A stretch of 64,000 bases of DNA from positions 77,996,001-78,060,000 of the forward strand of contig NC_043002.1 in assembly GCF_006345805.1 (NCBI RefSeq). Reading direction: 5' to 3'. This document shows positions 1 through 12,311 of this stretch, one piece after another. A program made the translations under genes and the position numbers. The notes beneath the pieces were generated by a model. That model was not told where the DNA came from. It searched no databases and saw only the letters and a program-made list of their open reading frames with translations. The first letter of the stretch is position 1, and the number at the start of each line of letters is the position of its first letter. This stretch comes from Octopus sinensis. Its lineage: Eukaryota.

Positions 1-129
1 GCTTCTATTTTGACAAGATCTTGGTGTAAGCAGTAAAGAATAACCAGCTAAGAGTACAACATATTTTCATAAAACATTCACAAAAACATCAACATCAAAA
101 TAAAAATCAAATGGAAATTGTAGTTGTGA

Positions 130-462
130 TACCCGTGCCGGTGGCATGTAAAAAGCACCATCCGAACGTGGCCAATGCCAGCGCCACCTTAATTGGCTTC
201 CGTGCCAGTGGCACGTAAAAAGCACCAACCAATCATGGCCGTTTGCCAGCTTCTTCTGGCCCCTGTGCCAGTGGCATGTAAAAATCACCCACTACACTCA
301 CAGAGTGGTTGGCATCAGGAAGGGCATCCAGCTGTAGAAACACTGCCAGATCAGACTGGAGCCGGGTGCAGCCTCCTGGCTTCCCAGACCCCAGTCGAAC
401 TGTCCAACCCATGCAAGCATGGAAAACGGACATTAAACTATGATGATGATGATGATGATGAT
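130..462 (+). mobile_element. RTE-LINE-type 3' tail / derived non-autonomous repeat ending in (GAT)n
   Basis: Internal GTGCCRGTGGCACGTAAAAAGCACC repeats, the GGAAGGGCATCCAGCTGTAGAAAC motif and a (GAT)n tail; several related copies in the window. Confidence 0.7.
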
Positions 463-974
463 TCACAAGGTCATCTAAAAAGGTAGGAAACAGGTCAAGT
501 ACTGAACTTTGTAGGACTGATGCAGTGATTTATAGTTCCTCACATATCTCCCAGTTACCCAGCTCAATGCTGAGTTCACTGTACAATGCCCTGCAAAAGA
601 CTATAACATGTATTTCTTGACTCATGTCCAAATAAGTGATCCATATCAGGAAGAGACTGATCAAAAGTTCTATTATGGTTTTATTAGAATCCCAATTTCC
701 TTTTATTATTGGTGCCTTTGGTTATATTCATAAACATCTAAAAGTGATAATCTGGAAAGCTAAGGTTTTCAAGCAAAGAAAGAAACAAGTTAAAACACAC
801 TGCGGATACAATCTGTAAGCAGAAAAGTAACGATATGCATGATCGTTCTAAAGTTCAACAGGTCACAATTTTATTATTATCCAAATTCTAGTGTAGGGGC
901 ATTGTTTCTTTGTTAAAAATCAGCTCCTTCTTTCTAGGAAGAATTCTAATAAATATCTTTAAAAAGTAAAGAAA

Positions 975-1225
975 TGGACACAGGTTTGGCTGTGTGGTAA
1001 GAAGCTGGCTCCCAAACCACATGCTTCCAGATTCAGTCCCACTCTGTGGTAGCTTGGGCGAGTGCCTTCTACTATAGCCTTAGGCTTAATAAAACCTTGT
1101 GAGTGGATTTGGTAGACAAAAACTGAAAGAAAGCCCATCCTTTTAGTGTTCGTCTACCAAATCCACTTATGTGGCCTCATTCGACCCAAAAGAGTATAGT
1201 AGAAGACACTTGCCCTAAGTGTCAT
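975..1225. mobile_element. Two tRNA-derived SINE 5' fragments in inverted orientation
   Basis: Plus copy with A box TGGCTGTGTGGTAAG (~997) to GAAAGAAAGCCC; minus fragment 1146-1225 (TCTACCAAATCCAC...GAAGACACTTGCCC). Confidence 0.75.
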
Positions 1226-1229
1226 AAGA

Positions 1230-2010
1230 ATAAACCATTGTATTTGGCATTTATTGACTTAGAAAAAGCTTTTGACATTGTACCCTTCTGTGTGATATAG
1301 TGGGCTCTGAGGAAGTTAAGGGTAGATGAGCAGTTTGTGAAAGCTGTTCAAGCCATGTACAGAGGTGTTGTCAGTAAGGTGAAAGTTAACCATGAATATA
1401 GTGATGAATTTAGTGTAGATGTAGGCATTCATCAGGGTTCGGTTCTCAGTTCTCTCCTATTCATCATCATCCTCCAGACCATAACAGAGGAATTCAAGAC
1501 CAGCTACTCCAGGAACTATTGCATGCATGATGATCTTGCTCTTATAGCAGATCTTCTTACAGAACTAGAAAAGACATTCCAGTTGTGGAAGTAACACCTG
1601 GAATCAAAGGTCCTTAAGATCAATTTAGTAAAGACTAAGGTTCTACTAAGCAAGAAAACAGACAGGACCCATCTCCCCTCAGGTAAATGGCCCTGCTCAA
1701 TATGTAGAAAAGGTGTTGGCAAGAATTTTGTATGATGTACCCAGTGCAAGCTATGGACATACAAAAGGTGCCATGGTTATCAGAGAAAGTAGTATTTGTA
1801 TGTGGAAGATGCACAGGAGCCATAAAAGCTACAGTTATTAGGGAAATTGATTTTCTTAAATGCCCCAGGGGGCTCTTTACAAGTAGCAGATAATTCCTGC
1901 TACCTAGGGGACCTAATTAGCAGTGGGGGAGGATGCACAGAAAGTGTCATCACTAGAATAAGAATAGAATGAAGAAAATTCAGAGAATTTTTACCACTGT
2001 TGGCAACCAA

Positions 2011-2057
<47 letters not shown>

Positions 2058-2400
2058 AATGCAAGGGAGATTGTATGATGCATGTATATGGACAGCAGTT
2101 CTATATGGTAGTGAGATGTGGGCCCTGAATTCAGATGACATGTAAAGGCTAGAGAGGAATAAAGCTAGTATTCTCTGTTGCATGCGCAATGTCAGTGTAC
2201 ATGGTTGACAGAATGCTAGTATTTCGAGGGAAAAGTTGGACATAAGAGGAATTAAATGCAGTGTGCAAGACAGAAGACTGTGCTACTTAAATCATGTGAT
2301 GCATCTGGATATAGGCAGTTGCATATAGAAGCGCCAATCACTTAAAATGGATGGAACTTGAGGAAGAGGGAGATCGAGGAAGTGGATGCTTGAGGTTGAG
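1230..2400 (+). mobile_element. Degenerate RTE-clade LINE reverse transcriptase fragment
   Basis: Interrupted motifs YLAFIDLEKAFDIVP, GIHQGSVLSSLLFII, HDDLAL, LYGSEMWAL; stops, frameshifts and a (TC)n insertion at ~2014-2055. Confidence 0.85.
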
Positions 2401-4411
2401 TTATTGTGTGAAAAGGGGGCAGGGAACCATATCACATCATATTTCATGCTAATTGATCCATTTGTGGATTAATCACGTGGAACTGTGGTGGTTTACTCAT
2501 GATCCCTAACTTAATATCTTGTAATTGAGGTTTCATTGACAACATCAGGTTCATTGACAACAGAGTAGATTTACTGAAGACATCCCTGTCCTCCCTTTTG
2601 ATATTTTTGAGCCACTGCTAATTACATGTGTTATGTGTTATGTATCATAAAAGAGTGAAATAATCGATGTTTACAGTTGCATCATTGGAGTTTATGGGTT
2701 TCAGCATCTCATTCACTAGGTATTTCATAACTCTCTCCTTTTCTTGGATTATATATCCACAAATGTTATCCAAGCAACGTTTATGGAAAGTATTGTCTAT
2801 AAGAAATCCAAGTTTTGGTTTTGTAAAGCAAGATAGAAAGGATTACAGCTGAATACACGTCAATTTTGTTGAATAACTTCCATTTGCTTAAAGTTTTATG
2901 GTTAGATCAAAGGCTTACCTACAAGGTATTTGTCAAACCGATGTTACAGAAAATAACATGGCGGCTGTGAAGCAGGTTCAAATCTAGAACACTGTAGCTC
3001 TGTAGCAAACTACTTGACTACACAACCTTATTGGTTTGTGATTTGATTGATCACCTCTAGATTACCACTTATATATATAGTTATCACAAAGGCTGTCTTC
3101 CTCTAGTTTCAAAATATATTACAGCAAATGAAATAAGTAACACTTAGAGCTAGTTAATTTCTTGCAATATACTATGGTTTTGGCAGGATTTAATTCAGAC
3201 AGGTGAGTTTAACAAGATAGCTTCATGATAGCTTTTTGTTGGGAAATAAGGAGATAATTTTTGTAACATTGTATCAAGAGATTGCCTGATGTTTAACTCT
3301 TAAATAGCAGGAAAGGGTTGCATGAATGTATCTGCTAAATGAGCAAATGATATTTAACTCTCTTAGATTATATAGATAAAGACAAAAAAGGCAATAAAAT
3401 CGTTTGAGCATGAATTCATTTAAGATACCCACATTGTGTTGTCAAAACAATGGAGAAATGGAGAAAAATTGGTGCACTTTTTCATTCAAAGTTAATTGAA
3501 GCATCACTTCCTCCTGTGCTCTTTAGAGCATCATCATCATCATCATCATCATCTACTTCATCTGATTATAAAGGAAAATCAGAAAGACCTTCTTCACCAC
3601 TGTATAAATTTTCCATTTGTGACTTGGCTTCCCCCATTGACAAGGGTAACTTATGCTTAGGTGCATTTGATGAAGGAGACACTTAGGCATTAATGGATGA
3701 TGGCTCTATCCATGTAAATTTCTTGCAACATCAATTGATGACGTCTGCTATAAAATATATTCAAGCTACAGTTTATGGGAATTCAGAGTAATACTGTCAT
3801 TACAGTATGAAAGGATCTTATGTACAAGAATGACTTAGTTTTACAACTGTATATACCTTCTCAATGTCTGGTGACATGAGTCAGGGATTGAAGGGGAACT
3901 TCCTGACTTAACATAACTGAAACCATCTTATTAGATGAAGTGTAGGCGTTCAACAGTTGTGTGTACAAACATCTCATCACTCTCACACTCAACAATGCAA
4001 CAATTGGCTCATTGGACATTGTTTGGACTTTTATATGTCCAGCTAGGCTATTGGTCATGAGTATATGTACAATATTCATTTGCATATAAGATGCACTTTT
4101 TTTTCATGTAAAACATGATTATGTGATTTCCACATTGCTGGCACTACATCGTATGTATTTATATGTATTACACTGATAAAGTTCAAAATTTACTTTTGAA
4201 TTTGCTTTGTTGCACTAGTATGCAACTGCACATTATTTGAGAACCACAGATATAAGATTTCACTCTGGTACTCAGCTTGGTGCATGCTTACTTATAGCAG
4301 GAATAGTTGTAAGCTAATGAAAGTGTTTATGTAACTCCTGTTCTTTTATCATTCTTTACTAATTGATGTTACACTCTGTACTTAGCTGATGCTTTACTGT
4401 AAAGTATTAAG

Positions 4412-4963
4412 TACAAGGTGGTATCAAAAAGTTCTCAGACTAGTTCTGATGCCAAGTGACATCATTGTGTTTACTTTGGAAGTTGTGAGATATGTGTGCT
4501 TGGGATCGCATGTATGCTGTAGTCAGCAATTTTGTCATGGACAGAATCAAAGAGCCAACATGACATTTTGTGTTAAACTTGGGAAGTCTGCTACAAAGAG
4601 ATTGGGCATGCTCTGGCAAGCTTACGGTGATGAGGCAATGAGTCATATGCTATGTTCTGAGTAGCATGGATGCTTCAAATGAGGAATAACGACCCTGGAA
4701 GACAATGAGCCCTCTGGAAGGCCTGCCACGAGTGCCATCCTCAGAAATGTAGTATTCTTTTACTCTTTTACTTGTTTCAGTCAGTTGACTGTGGCTATGC
4801 TGGAGCACCACCTTTTAGTCGAGCAAATCGACCCCCAGGACTTATTCTTTGTAAGTCTAGTACTTATTCTATCGGTCTCTTTTGCCAAACTGCTAAGTTA
4901 CAGGGACGTAAACACACCAGCATCAGTTGTCAAGTAATGTTGGGGGGACAAACACAGACACAA

Positions 4964-5039
<76 letters not shown>

Positions 5040-5665
5040 CGTCGGGCTTCTTTCAGTTTCTGTCTACCAAATCCACTCACAAGGCTTTGGTCGGCCTGAG
5101 GCTATAGTAGAAGACACTTGCCCAAGGTGTCAAGCAATGAGACTGAACCCGGAACCATGTGGTTGGTAAGCAAGCTACTTACCATACAGCCACTCCGTGC
5201 ATTGTGAATTTGTCTCTCCGGGCTGGACGATCAATTGAGAGTTCTAGTACTATGTTTTGAAGCATTTGAGGGAGGAAATTCAGCAAAAGCAACTGGATCT
5301 GTGGTGCACAAAGAATTGGATTCTTCACAACAACAATGCACACTTGCAGGTTTCTTGCCAAAAGCAACACGGTATCACGTCTGCACTTGCCCTATTCACC
5401 CGATTTAGCACCTGCAGACTTCTATATTTTCCCCAAAATGAAAATGCAGCTCAAAGGTCATCATTTTAACACTGTTGTTGAGATCAAGATTGAATCACAG
5501 AAGGTCCTTGACTCACTGGAAAATGACTTCCAGGCCAGATTCCAAAAGTGGCAGGAATGCTGGGCAAGGTTACTCTTTTGAAGGAGATAATGTTAAATCT
5601 TAGGCAAATAAGTAATTTTTTAATTAAACATAACTAGCCTGGGAACTTTCTGATACCACCTCATA
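4412..5665 (+). mobile_element. Internally deleted mariner (Tc1/mariner) element with nested SINE
   Basis: TIRs TACAAGGTGGTATCAAAAAGTTCTCAGACTAG (4412-4443) and CTAGCCTGGGAACTTTCTGATACCACCTCATA (5634-5665); transposase relics QRANMTFCVKLGKSAT and LPYSPDLAPADFYIFPKMK. Confidence 0.88.
4755..5197 (-). mobile_element. tRNA-derived CORE-type SINE (octopus OR/OK-like)
   Basis: Minus strand has A-box and degenerate B-box head, a CACCTTGGGCAAGTGTCTT CORE-like motif, an internal (TA)n tract and the conserved tail. The family name is an inference. Confidence 0.85.
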
Positions 5666-6049
5666 TATTAGAAGTTATTACTACAACTACATGGAATCAT
5701 AATATATATTACACACACACACACATGCTTTAAATTCTATTTTCCATGCTGGCATTGGTAGGATGGTTCAACAAGAGCTGGCAAGCCAGAGGATTGCATC
5801 AGGCTCCAATAAAAGTCAAAAGAATTATATTTAATAGTTTCACTTTAGGAAACATAAAAACTTTCCCTTACCATCTTCATCTTCATTTTATTTTTCTATT
5901 TAACAAAGCTATATTTAAAAATCCCCCACCCCATCCCTTGCACAAATGATCTTCAATGTATACATGGTCTATCAACCACTATTTATTAAACAAAACTCTT
6001 CAATCAACCATTGGCAGGAGAGACACAGAAGTTCTTTACATCATTGATT

Positions 6050-6438
6050 CTTCTTTTATTCTTTAACTTGTTTCAAGTGTTTGACTGCGGCCATACTGGG
6101 GCACCACATTGAAGAATATTAGTCAAATAGATTGAACCCAATAATTTTATTTTTTAAGTTTGGTACTTATACCATTGATTCCTTTTGCCAAACTGCTAAG
6201 TTACAGGAACATAGACACACCAACAACAGTTGTCAAGCAGTGATGCAGGACACAGACAACTACACACACATATATACGGACAGCTACTTTCAGTTTCCGT
6301 TTACTAAATCCAATCAAAATCTTGGCCGGCCCGAACCTATAGTAGAAAACACTAGTCCAAGATGCCACGCAGTGAGACTGAACCTGGAACCATGTGGTTG
6401 GGAAATAAACTTCTTATCAGACAACCACTCCTGCGCCT
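6050..6438 (-). mobile_element. Diverged copy of the tRNA-derived CORE-type SINE
   Basis: Collinear with the 4755-5197 copy, with more substitutions. Confidence 0.8.
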
Positions 6439-6830
6439 CAACCCTTAACAAATATACATTCCCATGTTTACCGCAAAAAAAAAAAAGGGAAAAGAAATGG
6501 GAAAAAAAATTGATTATTTTAATCAAACAAATAAACTTTGTGCAGTGGTATATTATCCTGCAAATGGGGTGCATCACAGCCTGCTCGTGATAAAATATTT
6601 TATGCATTTTATATTCACGTTGTCGAACTGTCATTAATAGCAGAAAACGCAGCTAAGTCCATAATCACTCTTGCAACATGAAAAAAAAAAAAGAAAACTA
6701 AAAGAAATAACATGGGATACAAAGATTCCCCCCCCCCCGCAATGTATGAGAAACTTCTTGTTATTCTTCTTTAATCATGCAAGGAAAACTTAATCCTTAA
6801 GTCTAGTCTCGTTTTGAAATCTAAGTAATA

Positions 6831-6856
6831 GGCATGCGCAAAGTGCTACTTCCTTT
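6831..6856 (+). promoter_or_regulatory. RPL14 core promoter: NRF1-like GGCATGCGCA plus 5'TOP/TCT-like CTTCCTTT
   Basis: GGCATGCGCA at 6831-6840 and CTTCCTTT at 6849-6856, just upstream of the ATG. TOP/TCT initiators are typical of RP genes. The TSS is inferred. Confidence 0.6.
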
Positions 6857-6874
6857 ACGCGCTGCGGTAACGCC

Positions 6875-6877
6875 ATG
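6875..6877 (+). CDS. RPL14: 60S ribosomal protein L14 (eL14), coding exon 1 (ATG only)
   Basis: CGCC-ATG directly followed by donor GTAAGT, downstream of a pyrimidine tract. An ATG-only first coding exon fits RPL14 gene structure and joins in frame to exon 2. Confidence 0.9.
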
Positions 6878-7998
6878 GTAAGTAATGTGGAATTATTCTG
6901 TCGCTAAAATCTGCTCTAAAAAATGGTATTTGAGTTCTAAATTATGTTTATTTCTCCTTTGGCTTTAACTGGGGGAACTTAGAACGTGATTCTGTTATAT
7001 AAACCTTAGTTTTAATCTTGTGAAATTGTTTAAAATGTAAAATTTATTCCCATCATATTTCAACATGGCGTGATAGAAATCTTTCCTAATGTATCGTAAC
7101 CACGTTTATCTTATAATAACTATTTCCTTTTTGTCTCTCACGCGATTTCTAGTTAGTAAATATGATGGTTCTCCAAAGTCATGAATATTTGTTTAAAATT
7201 GATGTTTAAAAAAAGATGGTATGTGAAAATCCTAATTTTAAACCTTAAGCTTTAATCATCCACGTGTTATCAACTTTTTTTTTTTTTTTACCAGCCACAC
7301 TCGCTTACCAATCAAGTGAAAGGCTTTTTTTTTTTAAAGTCATATAAAGTTGTTGCTTAATTGTATATTCTAAATTTTTTTTTGGCAAACCCCCCCCAAA
7401 AATGATCTTTATGAAGGTAGATTTATGAATTTAAGCATCGCCTCTCGATCTGCACTTGTAATTTATCGAGAGTATTTTGGAAAAAATGAAATGAGTTTTA
7501 TTGATAATTTAATGGGGTGGGTCTATACGCGCATCTTTCCAGGCGGTTAAGTTTTTATTTACAGCTTACAATCCTGAAAATGTGTAGATTCTTGAAATAT
7601 ATATTTATATTTTTCAAGAATCTACACATATATATATAAAGTTGATTATGTGGCATGCTTCGGTAAAAATATATTCAAACGACTCCCTTCTGAACCCTCT
7701 CCCTTTTCTTTGAGGATCCAAATCTGCCGAAATTAATTAACTAGTTCCTAAGTTCGGATGCATCCTAGAACTTAAACCAGTCACGCATCCAGGATTTTAA
7801 AAAACAGTTACGATCTAAGATAAGAAGTGAAATTATTGTGTAAAAGGTTAATACGAAATGTTTTTATCCTGAAAGATGAGCCGTCGTCAGGAAAATGTTA
7901 TTAATTATGGATTCTAATTTTTATGAATACTGCATTGCTTGCTCTATGTTTGAAAATATAAGTTACACGTGCATCATTTCTTTTTTTTAATTCTATAG

Positions 7999-8103
7999 GT
8001 GTTCAATCGGAAATTCGTGGAGGTGGGTCGTGTGGCCTACATCGTGAAAGGCGTAGATTCTGGGAAATTGTGCGTCATTATCGACGTTATTGACCAAAAC
8101 AGA
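7999..8103 (+). CDS. RPL14: RPL14 coding exon 2
   Basis: ctatag|GTG...AGA|gtaagt; translates [35 protein letters not shown], matching the eL14 N-terminus (F-VEVGRVAY...DVIDQNR). Confidence 0.97.
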
Positions 8104-8208
8104 GTAAGTTAAAGTTTTTCTGAAGTACATTCAAGGTTTTGTAAAATACTATGTTGTAATGTTCTTTTTGTAGTCTGAAAATTGGTTTTCGTGCAGTTTC
8201 AAAATTAT

Positions 8209-8275
8209 TGAACATGATGTTAAAATACGGAAGTGGTCTGATTGATAAGGAAGACAATTTTCTTTACTGATATCA
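8209..8275 (+). ncRNA. Box C/D snoRNA candidate, family B copy 1 (RPL14 intron 2)
   Basis: C-like ATGATGT (8214), guide AAATACGGAAGTGGT, D' CTGA (8238), D CTGA (8267-8270), imperfect terminal stem; sense-strand intronic position in an RP gene. Confidence 0.7.
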
Positions 8276-9803
8276 TTAGTTTTGAAACTGAATGCTACAA
8301 AATATAGCAAATTATCTGATAGTTTAATGTAGTTTATCGGTATATTAGCGCTAAAACTCAAAAGATAATGTTTTCACAGTAGCGTGTTTTATACAGTAAT
8401 AATTTATATATACTGGTTTGTTTCTTATATTCATTTAAGAAACCATGACATTTTGTAGATATGAAACCGCGAACTGAGTAAAACACAGGTGAAAGGATAA
8501 ACGTGTAAAATGCGTTTGATTTATTATTTTCAATTAGTAAACTGGAATACAATTTATGCAAGATATTAATAATATCTAATGCATTTTTACACATATAATC
8601 TTTGCTTTCGGAGAAAAAACATTAAAACCGTGTTACATATGTTTATTGATGTATCTTTGCTTACAGAGTGCTCCATTTCAATCGATTGCATAGATAATCT
8701 TCGAAATAATTAGAAAATTGCAGTAATACTATTATATATTTTTTTACGAAATAACATGTAACTACGTGAACGTTTGTTTTATATATGCTTTGTAGTTGGA
8801 TGTCCTTCCTCTCGCTAACCCTAACATGCTTTTCAAGGGATTTATCATTCCATTTGTGTTTCAAAGCACAGCTAGTGAACGGTTTGTTGACAGTGAATTG
8901 TCAGCAGACGAAACTGCAGCGCAGCACTTTTCACACGAGACATATCGACATGTATAACTATATTTCATATTATTTGTCCAAATAAAGCTATCTATGATAA
9001 TTTCATTACAATCCTGTGTAATTATATTTTGGTTTACTAACTAAAATAATAGATCAAAATAGTTTCACAATTATTTAGCCACGAAAAAGCAAAGAACAGA
9101 CAGTTTTCTGCACATATTGATGCAACAATCGAGTACTTCCTCAAACTAGTTTTGTTGTATAAGTAAAATTATCATAAGTTACATTGTAGCAGCATATGTA
9201 CTTTCATTTAGATTTTTCAATGTTTTTTTTTTTTTTTTTTTACTTTTTCACTCAGATAGTAAAAGCCATATTATATTACTGGTTTCAGTCATTTGGCTGC
9301 AGAGATGCTGAGACACCCATTTGAAGAGTTTTGGTCATATTGATACCCTACTTACAATTCAGTCTAATATTTTATCAGTTAACAAGATTATGTTTTGATA
9401 GAGTATTCACAGAGACAACACAGACCTTTGAATATTTTGTGTATATCCTTAATATTTGTCAAGTTTAAGTACTATCCTAATATATGCTTGGCATCTTAGG
9501 TAGTTGTCTTCCATTATATCCTTGGGTTAAATATATTGTGAATGAGATTTGATGGAGAAAGAAAATCTATCAGACTTGTGTGTGCCTGTGTTTTTTTATA
9601 TGTCCTTTGACTTAGTGGCTTAACAAAAAGTGATTGATAAAATACCAGACTGCAATAAATACTGGGGTTGATATGATTGACTAGAACTGTTGAAGGTGGT
9701 GTCCCAGTATGACTGCAGTCTAAGGATTGAAGCTAGTAAAAGAATGTCAAAAGAAAACTTCTTTTTTTTAATTTTCTATCTAACCATGTTTTCATAATTA
9801 TAG

Positions 9804-9998
9804 GCTTTGATTGATGGACCATGCAGTGGTGTCTTAAGAAAAGCTATCAATTTCAATAGTGTGCATCTGACAAGATTTGTCATCAAGATCAGACACTCTG
9901 CAAGAACCATTGAAGTGAAAAGAGCTTGGGATACTGCTGACATAACTGGTAAATGGTCTCAGACGAAATGGGCTCAAAAGATTATGGCAAGACAAAAG
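9804..9998 (+). CDS. RPL14: RPL14 coding exon 3
   Basis: tag|GCT...AAG|gtttgt; translates ALIDGPCSGVLRKAINFNSVHLTRFVIKIRHSARTIEVKRAWDTADITGKWSQTKWAQKIMARQK. Confidence 0.97.
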
Positions 9999-11487
9999 GT
10001 TTGTTTTTATATATTGTGAATTCATTGCATTCAGAACAGATAAACAAGAAGTGTTCTCTGGTATTCCATTCTTGGGATCCTTTAGATTTTAGTGGGTTAG
10101 CATTATAGAACCAGAAGTGACCAAGGAATGAGTTGGTGTTAAAAAGATCAATCCACAGAATTCAATCTTTCTGGAAGTATGTTCATTATAAATTTTCTTC
10201 AAAATGTTGAAATGATGCTTTGTTTTTCTGTGTAATAAAAGTAGGTAATTCTGTACAAGTAGAGGATCAAAGTGTTTATAGTCATTTTATTTCCAGTTAT
10301 AAACCTCCATTCCCAAAACTATATAGGCAATGGTGATTGTATATATACGACATCTGATTAAATTGAATCTAGTAAATGCTTCAGTGTTTATTTCAGTGAG
10401 GCAAAGGCATCAAATGGTTTGCAATAAGACGTGGATTTAATGTGTTTAGATGGAACATGCTATGATAATTTCTGAAAACTAGTCAAGCTGATTGATATGG
10501 AATGAAATAGCTAAAGCAGTATAGACATGCAGATTAGTGGTGCATGCTGAGGAAAGTCTAGAAAATACTTAGATGTGATGAAAGTGGTGAGGTTTATCCA
10601 AATTGGGTTATAAGATATCTATGTTTTGCATGCATGATGACTGGGTTTAGATGATAGTGCCAACCATATGAATATTTTTTTTTGTCTCTGAAATCTAGTC
10701 TTATGCTTTGAAATTAGCAATACAAAAATGCTTCACTTTACAAGGACTTGATTTACGAGTTCTACTTTTCAAGCACAAGATTTAAATTTCGAATGAAGTG
10801 CAACAGTTTCTACTATCATAACAAATCCTTCTGTGTGTTACTGAGAAATTTATAGTGAAAAAAGTCTCAGCAAACAACTCTAGACTTATTTTTTAAAAAG
10901 AAATCCACAAGTCCATCTACAAGTGTTTGTGAATCAGCAATCATGTGTGCGAGTCAAATGCGACTGGAAGTTATTCAGAAAATAATTATAATAATTTTAA
11001 AATTTTTTTATGAATGATCTTGTTATTCCCTTTACATAGAATATTCTTTACATTCTACTGTTTTATTGCCATTTATTTATGAGTATTATAAATTTTATAG
11101 GTAAAATATTTTGTTTTGGAAACAAACGACGATTTATAACTTTGCTACTATGGGAAATTATTTCTATGCTTTATGAATGGTCTCTGGGAATAAAGTAACT
11201 CTTATATAGAGGCATTACTGTAGAAACTCGTGTATAAATAGGGAAATAAGTATCAAAAACTGAATGCACGTGTGTAATGAAGTCAGTATTTTTCTAAGTT
11301 AATACAACAATTCAAATGCATTCAACAATTCAAGACAGAGAAAGACAATAGGAGACGCATTGCTTTAATATGTATGGATTATCTTAACATTTTATTATAG
11401 TAAAAACCTACAAATATTTTTGTTTACATTGTTATTTGGCTTAAATATAATTTCCTGTAATCTAAGTCTTCATTGTTTCAAAATTAT

Positions 11488-11555
11488 TGAACATGATGTT
11501 AAAAATACGGAAGTGGTCTGATTGATAAGGAAGACAATTTTTTTTACTGATATCA
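11488..11555 (+). ncRNA. Box C/D snoRNA candidate, family B copy 2
   Basis: ATGATGT(11493)-TAAAAATACGGAAGTGGT-CTGA...CTGA(11547-11550). Confidence 0.7.
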
Positions 11556-11954
11556 TTAATTTTGATACTGAAGACTAGAAATATCTGATAAGTAATTTTA
11601 AGGGTATAATAATTGGCACAAACAATGGGAGAAATGTCAATGAAAAAGATTTTGCATCTTAGGTATTGATGATTATAAAAAATATTTTAAAGATAAGTAG
11701 TGGGTATATCTACAAGGAAGACATTTTTTCATGAAACATAAGTGTCAATTTGAAACATACTTAGTCTAATAATCACCATCAGAAACGTATAATTTGGTGG
11801 GTGTTTTATGCCATTTAGCGAATTAATATGTAACTTGTACATTACTGACTAAATTTCATAGTAATTTAAACTAATTTTGGTTACAATTTTGCAAAGTGTT
11901 AACAAAGGTAGTTATCATAAAAACAAAACAGATTTTTACACAAGTAATCAGTAA

Positions 11955-12090
11955 ATCTAGTGTTAGGCGTTGAAATTCCATTTTTGGCCTATAACTCCCA
12001 CCCTGTGTTAGTTTCCAGATATTTAGAAAAGAATGGAATAGGAGACAGAACTACATGGTTATGAAACATAATCTGTTAGCTACACATGCA
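11955..12090 (+). ncRNA. Possible H/ACA snoRNA-like element (repeated at ~13168, ~14314; diverged at ~15396)
   Basis: Two hairpin-forming segments (gttaggc/gcctataac; acaga/tctgt with ttatg/cataa), candidate H box AGAAAA or ACAGAA, and ACA near the end. The fold was done by eye only. Confidence 0.3.
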
Positions 12091-12122
12091 TCAATTAATT
12101 ATACACAAACACAAACCCAATT

Positions 12123-12187
12123 AGAACATGATGAGAAATGGAAGTGCCGTCTGAACCCTCAGGAAGATGCTTTCAAATCTGAGTCTA
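12123..12187 (+). ncRNA. Box C/D snoRNA candidate, family A copy 1 (RPL14 intron 3)
   Basis: C box ATGATGA (12128), guide AAATGGAAGTGCCGT, D' CTGA (12151), D CTGA (12179-12182), ttaga/tcta terminal pairing. Confidence 0.78.
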
Positions 12188-12311
12188 TAAGGGCATATAT
12201 TGTTAATAGCTTGAAGAGGATTAAATAAAAACTACTTATAGTGTTTTGGTGGGTTAAAAAAAAATAAAAATGTTAATTTTTATTGCTATAACAACAAAAA
12301 TATTAATAATA

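Noticed and set aside
3450-3700. Ser-rich ORF (+) / Asp-rich frame (-)
   Set aside because: Driven by a (TCA)n microsatellite; the minus frame has an internal stop; no recognisable domain.
12045-12056. AATGGAATAGGA identical to an 18S rRNA segment
   Set aside because: Same sense as the rRNA rather than antisense, only 12 nt, in AT-rich sequence; chance is plausible.
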